A DNA stretch of 64,000 nucleotides from assembly GCA_964187785.1 (NCBI GenBank), contig OZ076409.1, positions 63,676,001-63,740,000 on the forward strand, read 5' to 3'. Both the position numbers and the translations under genes were made by a program. The stretch comes from Amphiscolops sp. MND2022. Taxonomy: Eukaryota. Positions 61,131 through 64,000 of this stretch are shown in pieces. Position 1 is the stretch's first letter, and every line of letters starts with the position of its first letter. The notes below the pieces were generated by a model. That model had not been told where the DNA came from, ran no database searches, and saw nothing but the letters and a program-made list of their open reading frames with translations.

Positions 61131-62953
61131 GATGACTTTCTTCGCTATTTTGAAGCTTGTGGATGCAACTGTATCGTGATGAAGTTTTAGGATAGAATGA
61201 ATTTGTCAAATCCAAAATTTAGTCGAGTAAGGTGTTTTCCCGAAGTTTCCAATTTGGCGGTTAGACCTTCGCTTAATCGTCCTGATCTGTCATAAACTTT
61301 TCAGAATGGAATTCCTCAGCTTGTCGGCTCCCTTTGATAACATGATGTTTACCCCTCATCAGTGTCATCACTAGAAGAGGTGTGAATGACTCTCAGCTTA
61401 TGAATATCAACTACACCCGTCTCAAGTGGGTAATTAACGGGTCGCTTGCAAGCAATTAACGGCGCTTGTCGGATAAAACTCACTGAAATGGCTTCAGCCA
61501 ATCAAATTTGAGCTTCGATGAATTTGGAAAATTGAATAATAAAGATGGCGTAAAATAATAATTTTGAATAACTAAAATGGCGAAAATAATAAATCTAAAT
61601 AATCCAAGATGGCGAAAATTCTAACTAAGGGAAACTAGGGTATCTGGACGTAATGGCAAAACGAAGTAGGGCAAACGGCCGTAACCGGCCTCTAACTGAA
61701 TAAGCTGTAACAACTAACGCTCTTTGTACATTTCGCTGGCAGACTCCATGTACATTTTAAATATGTAAATAATCAAACAATATTAGTCTGGTAAATCTCT
61801 TCAGCCACGAACTCCAACTTTCCAATTCTTTTATTCATTTTTAATTCCATTCGAATTCTATTTATATATCAATTGTACCCCTTACTGGGATCCTCCCGAC
61901 TGGTATTCATCTTCCCTTTGTCTCTAACTCTGCTGTCGATCCCCTCTCTGCAGCACTAGGGCCCTTAACTTCAGTCCATCCACGGCCATTTCCTTCAGCT
62001 TCTTTCGCCCTATGAGAGCATTTATTGCACGAATATCATCACGACAACATGTCTTCCAATCCAGGTTGGTTTGATTTTCTCTTTCTTTCAAACAAGCTTA
62101 GCTTGATCAAGGCTAAACATTGTTCACATGACGCTTCCTGTTTCCATCAACTAGACGCGTGAAAGCACGCTTCATTCAATTTTCAAGACACTTCCGGAAG
62201 ATTTCCAACGCGGTAAAATGGACACTTTTCAAGGAAGCATACCGCTAAACTTTATCTCTTTTCGTTTAGATAATCAGACTTCTGAGATTGAAAACGTACC
62301 CAACCCTTCTGGACTGCCGCAAACAATTTCCAATGAAGGTACAGTTCCGAGTGTGGCGGATATCGCCAAGTCTGCGATTTCTCCCCAAAGTGTCGAAAGT
62401 GAGGTGGACGTGAATGCCTATGCAGAAGCTAAAGTACAAGAGATGGAGGTCGAGCAGAGTCAAATGCAACAACGATCACCTTCCAGTGATATCAATTTGA
62501 TGACGACCAACCCCGAGGCTTCCACTAGCACCTATGTTCCCCAGAGTTTAGTCCCAGTTCGGTCCAGTACCCCAATACCGGTAGAGACTGCTGGAATATC
62601 CCAAGCCAGCTTGCACACATTAGAAGCAGGTCTAACAGTTGTAAACAACCCTGGGTCCCAATTACCTGAGCTTCTTCCTGCCACTGAAGTGGGGACCGTT
62701 GTTCCGCCAGTTAGGAAGACCTTGGACGATGAGGATGGAGAATCTTCTGTCTATGAAGTTCCTATGTTGCCCACCCAGGAACACAAAGTCCGGTTCTTGA
62801 CCGACTTGAGTGAGGCTGAGAAAACAACCGGAGAGGCGAGCAGCGCTGAATGTCCTTCACTCTATGGGGATATTCCCGGGATGTCCGAATCTGGAGGAGA
62901 GACCAGTGAATGCCCTGACACTACCGTCCTTAGACAGCACCAGACCGACCCAC
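60434..62953 (-). mobile_element. Truncated tandem copy of the B internal 3' region
   Basis: Near-identical to 46089-48608 (offset 14345); breaks off within the antisense gene. Confidence 0.95.
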
Positions 62954-62956
62954 CCC

Positions 62957-64000
62957 AAACTTAATATGGTAAAAGTAGGTCCGCAGCACGTTTTTGGAAG
63001 AGAAATTTGCATGTTTTATGGCAGAAAGTTTCCTCAGAATGACCCGGATAATTCAAAAACTGAGAATTTGTATTTTTTGAAACATTTCATGCCCTTTTTA
63101 TACAACTTTCAAGCTACTTCCTTGCAAAAAGAGGTTTTAGAAACTCAGTAAAGACTAATCCCGGTATCCAGTAGGCGTTTTTGAAGATATAACTGTTATT
63201 TTTCTGGAATTGGCCTCAAAACCACCCCAAAATCCAACAAACGACAAAAAAGCACGTTTTTTGACGGATCAATCCAAATTTTTGTTCAAACCACGAAAAT
63301 TTTGTGGAATAAAATTTCCATACACCTGAACTTTGAAACAAAAAGGTATTCAAAACGCAATTTGGGAAAGAAATTACGATGAAGTTCTTCGAGTTTACAA
63401 CAAAGGTGTAAGAATTCCCGAACTTTCTAAATTTTCGACAACCAAGTAAAAATTTTGGAACCTTTCCGAAAAATTACTTCAATCAGAAAACCCATGGGCT
63501 CAGGTTTGAAACGTGTAGCTGCCGGCAGTGTTTCGGAAAGATATCAGACTAGGTTTTGTTCACAATTTTCAAAAAATTTTATTGAAAACGTAAAATTTTT
63601 TTCGACCTTGTTTGTGAAATATTTAATATTCAAAATGCTTCAAGCAAAATCACTAGAAGTGGAGTGAACTTTCAAAAGGAAAAAGTTTTTGCAGTTTCCC
63701 ACGCAGGAAGAAAACCTGAGAATGACACAATAACAAAAATGAAAAGAGGCATTTCCCATAATCATCAAAAAAACTCCTCAGTTCCAAAGTATCAAAAGTA
63801 ACAAAGAGGTCACCCCAAGACTCGGGAAACTGATCTCCTTTACAGAAAACCTCAAACACTAAAACTTGTGAAAATTGTTTTTCGAAAATTGTCTTCCAAA
63901 AGGTTCTCTTCACGCGGTAAGTCGAATAGTGCCGAATATACAAAAAGTGGGCAGCTACTGCAGAAATAATAAATTAGGTATACAGCCTTGTGCATATTAG
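62957..64000 (+). repeat. Duplicate of flank 40778-41821 (offset 22179), running off the window end
   Basis: Near-identical sequence (2 substitutions seen near 63503); includes the start of the Tc1 TIR at 63983. Confidence 0.95.

Overview
AT-rich eukaryotic (animal-like; spliceosomal GT-AG introns) DNA made almost entirely of transposable elements; no convincing intact host gene. Left to right: 3' end of a LINE; a Tc1 relic; a decayed 5.9-kb Ty3/Gypsy element (C, 3121-9034, TSD ATATT); a 1.9-kb solo LTR (9929-11841, TSD CCCAC); DINE-1/HINE-like repeats; two related but divergent giant (~16.2 kb) Ty3/Gypsy elements (A, 15643-31798 +, TSD CTATA; B, 44219-60433 -); a partial tandem copy of B; and a jump back into a copy of upstream flank. 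A and B share an unusual architecture: about 200 gag codons lie inside the LTR and the PBS is coding; gag-pol is joined by an A AAA AAC -1 frameshift site; an antisense, spliced (predicted 6 exons), ~1250-aa BED-finger gene that looks hAT-transposase-derived follows pol; and a divergently oriented ~265-aa accessory ORF runs through the PPT position into U3. Element A carries at least 21 perfect copies of a 23-bp motif (GAC-N5-GTC-N5-GACGGCA) at non-conserved positions, while B and the solo LTR carry a different motif (GCC-N6-GGC) at equivalent positions. The inference is a family-specific DNA-binding-protein/target-site system encoded by a retrotransposon. All alignments, counts and splice models were made by eye, without tools.
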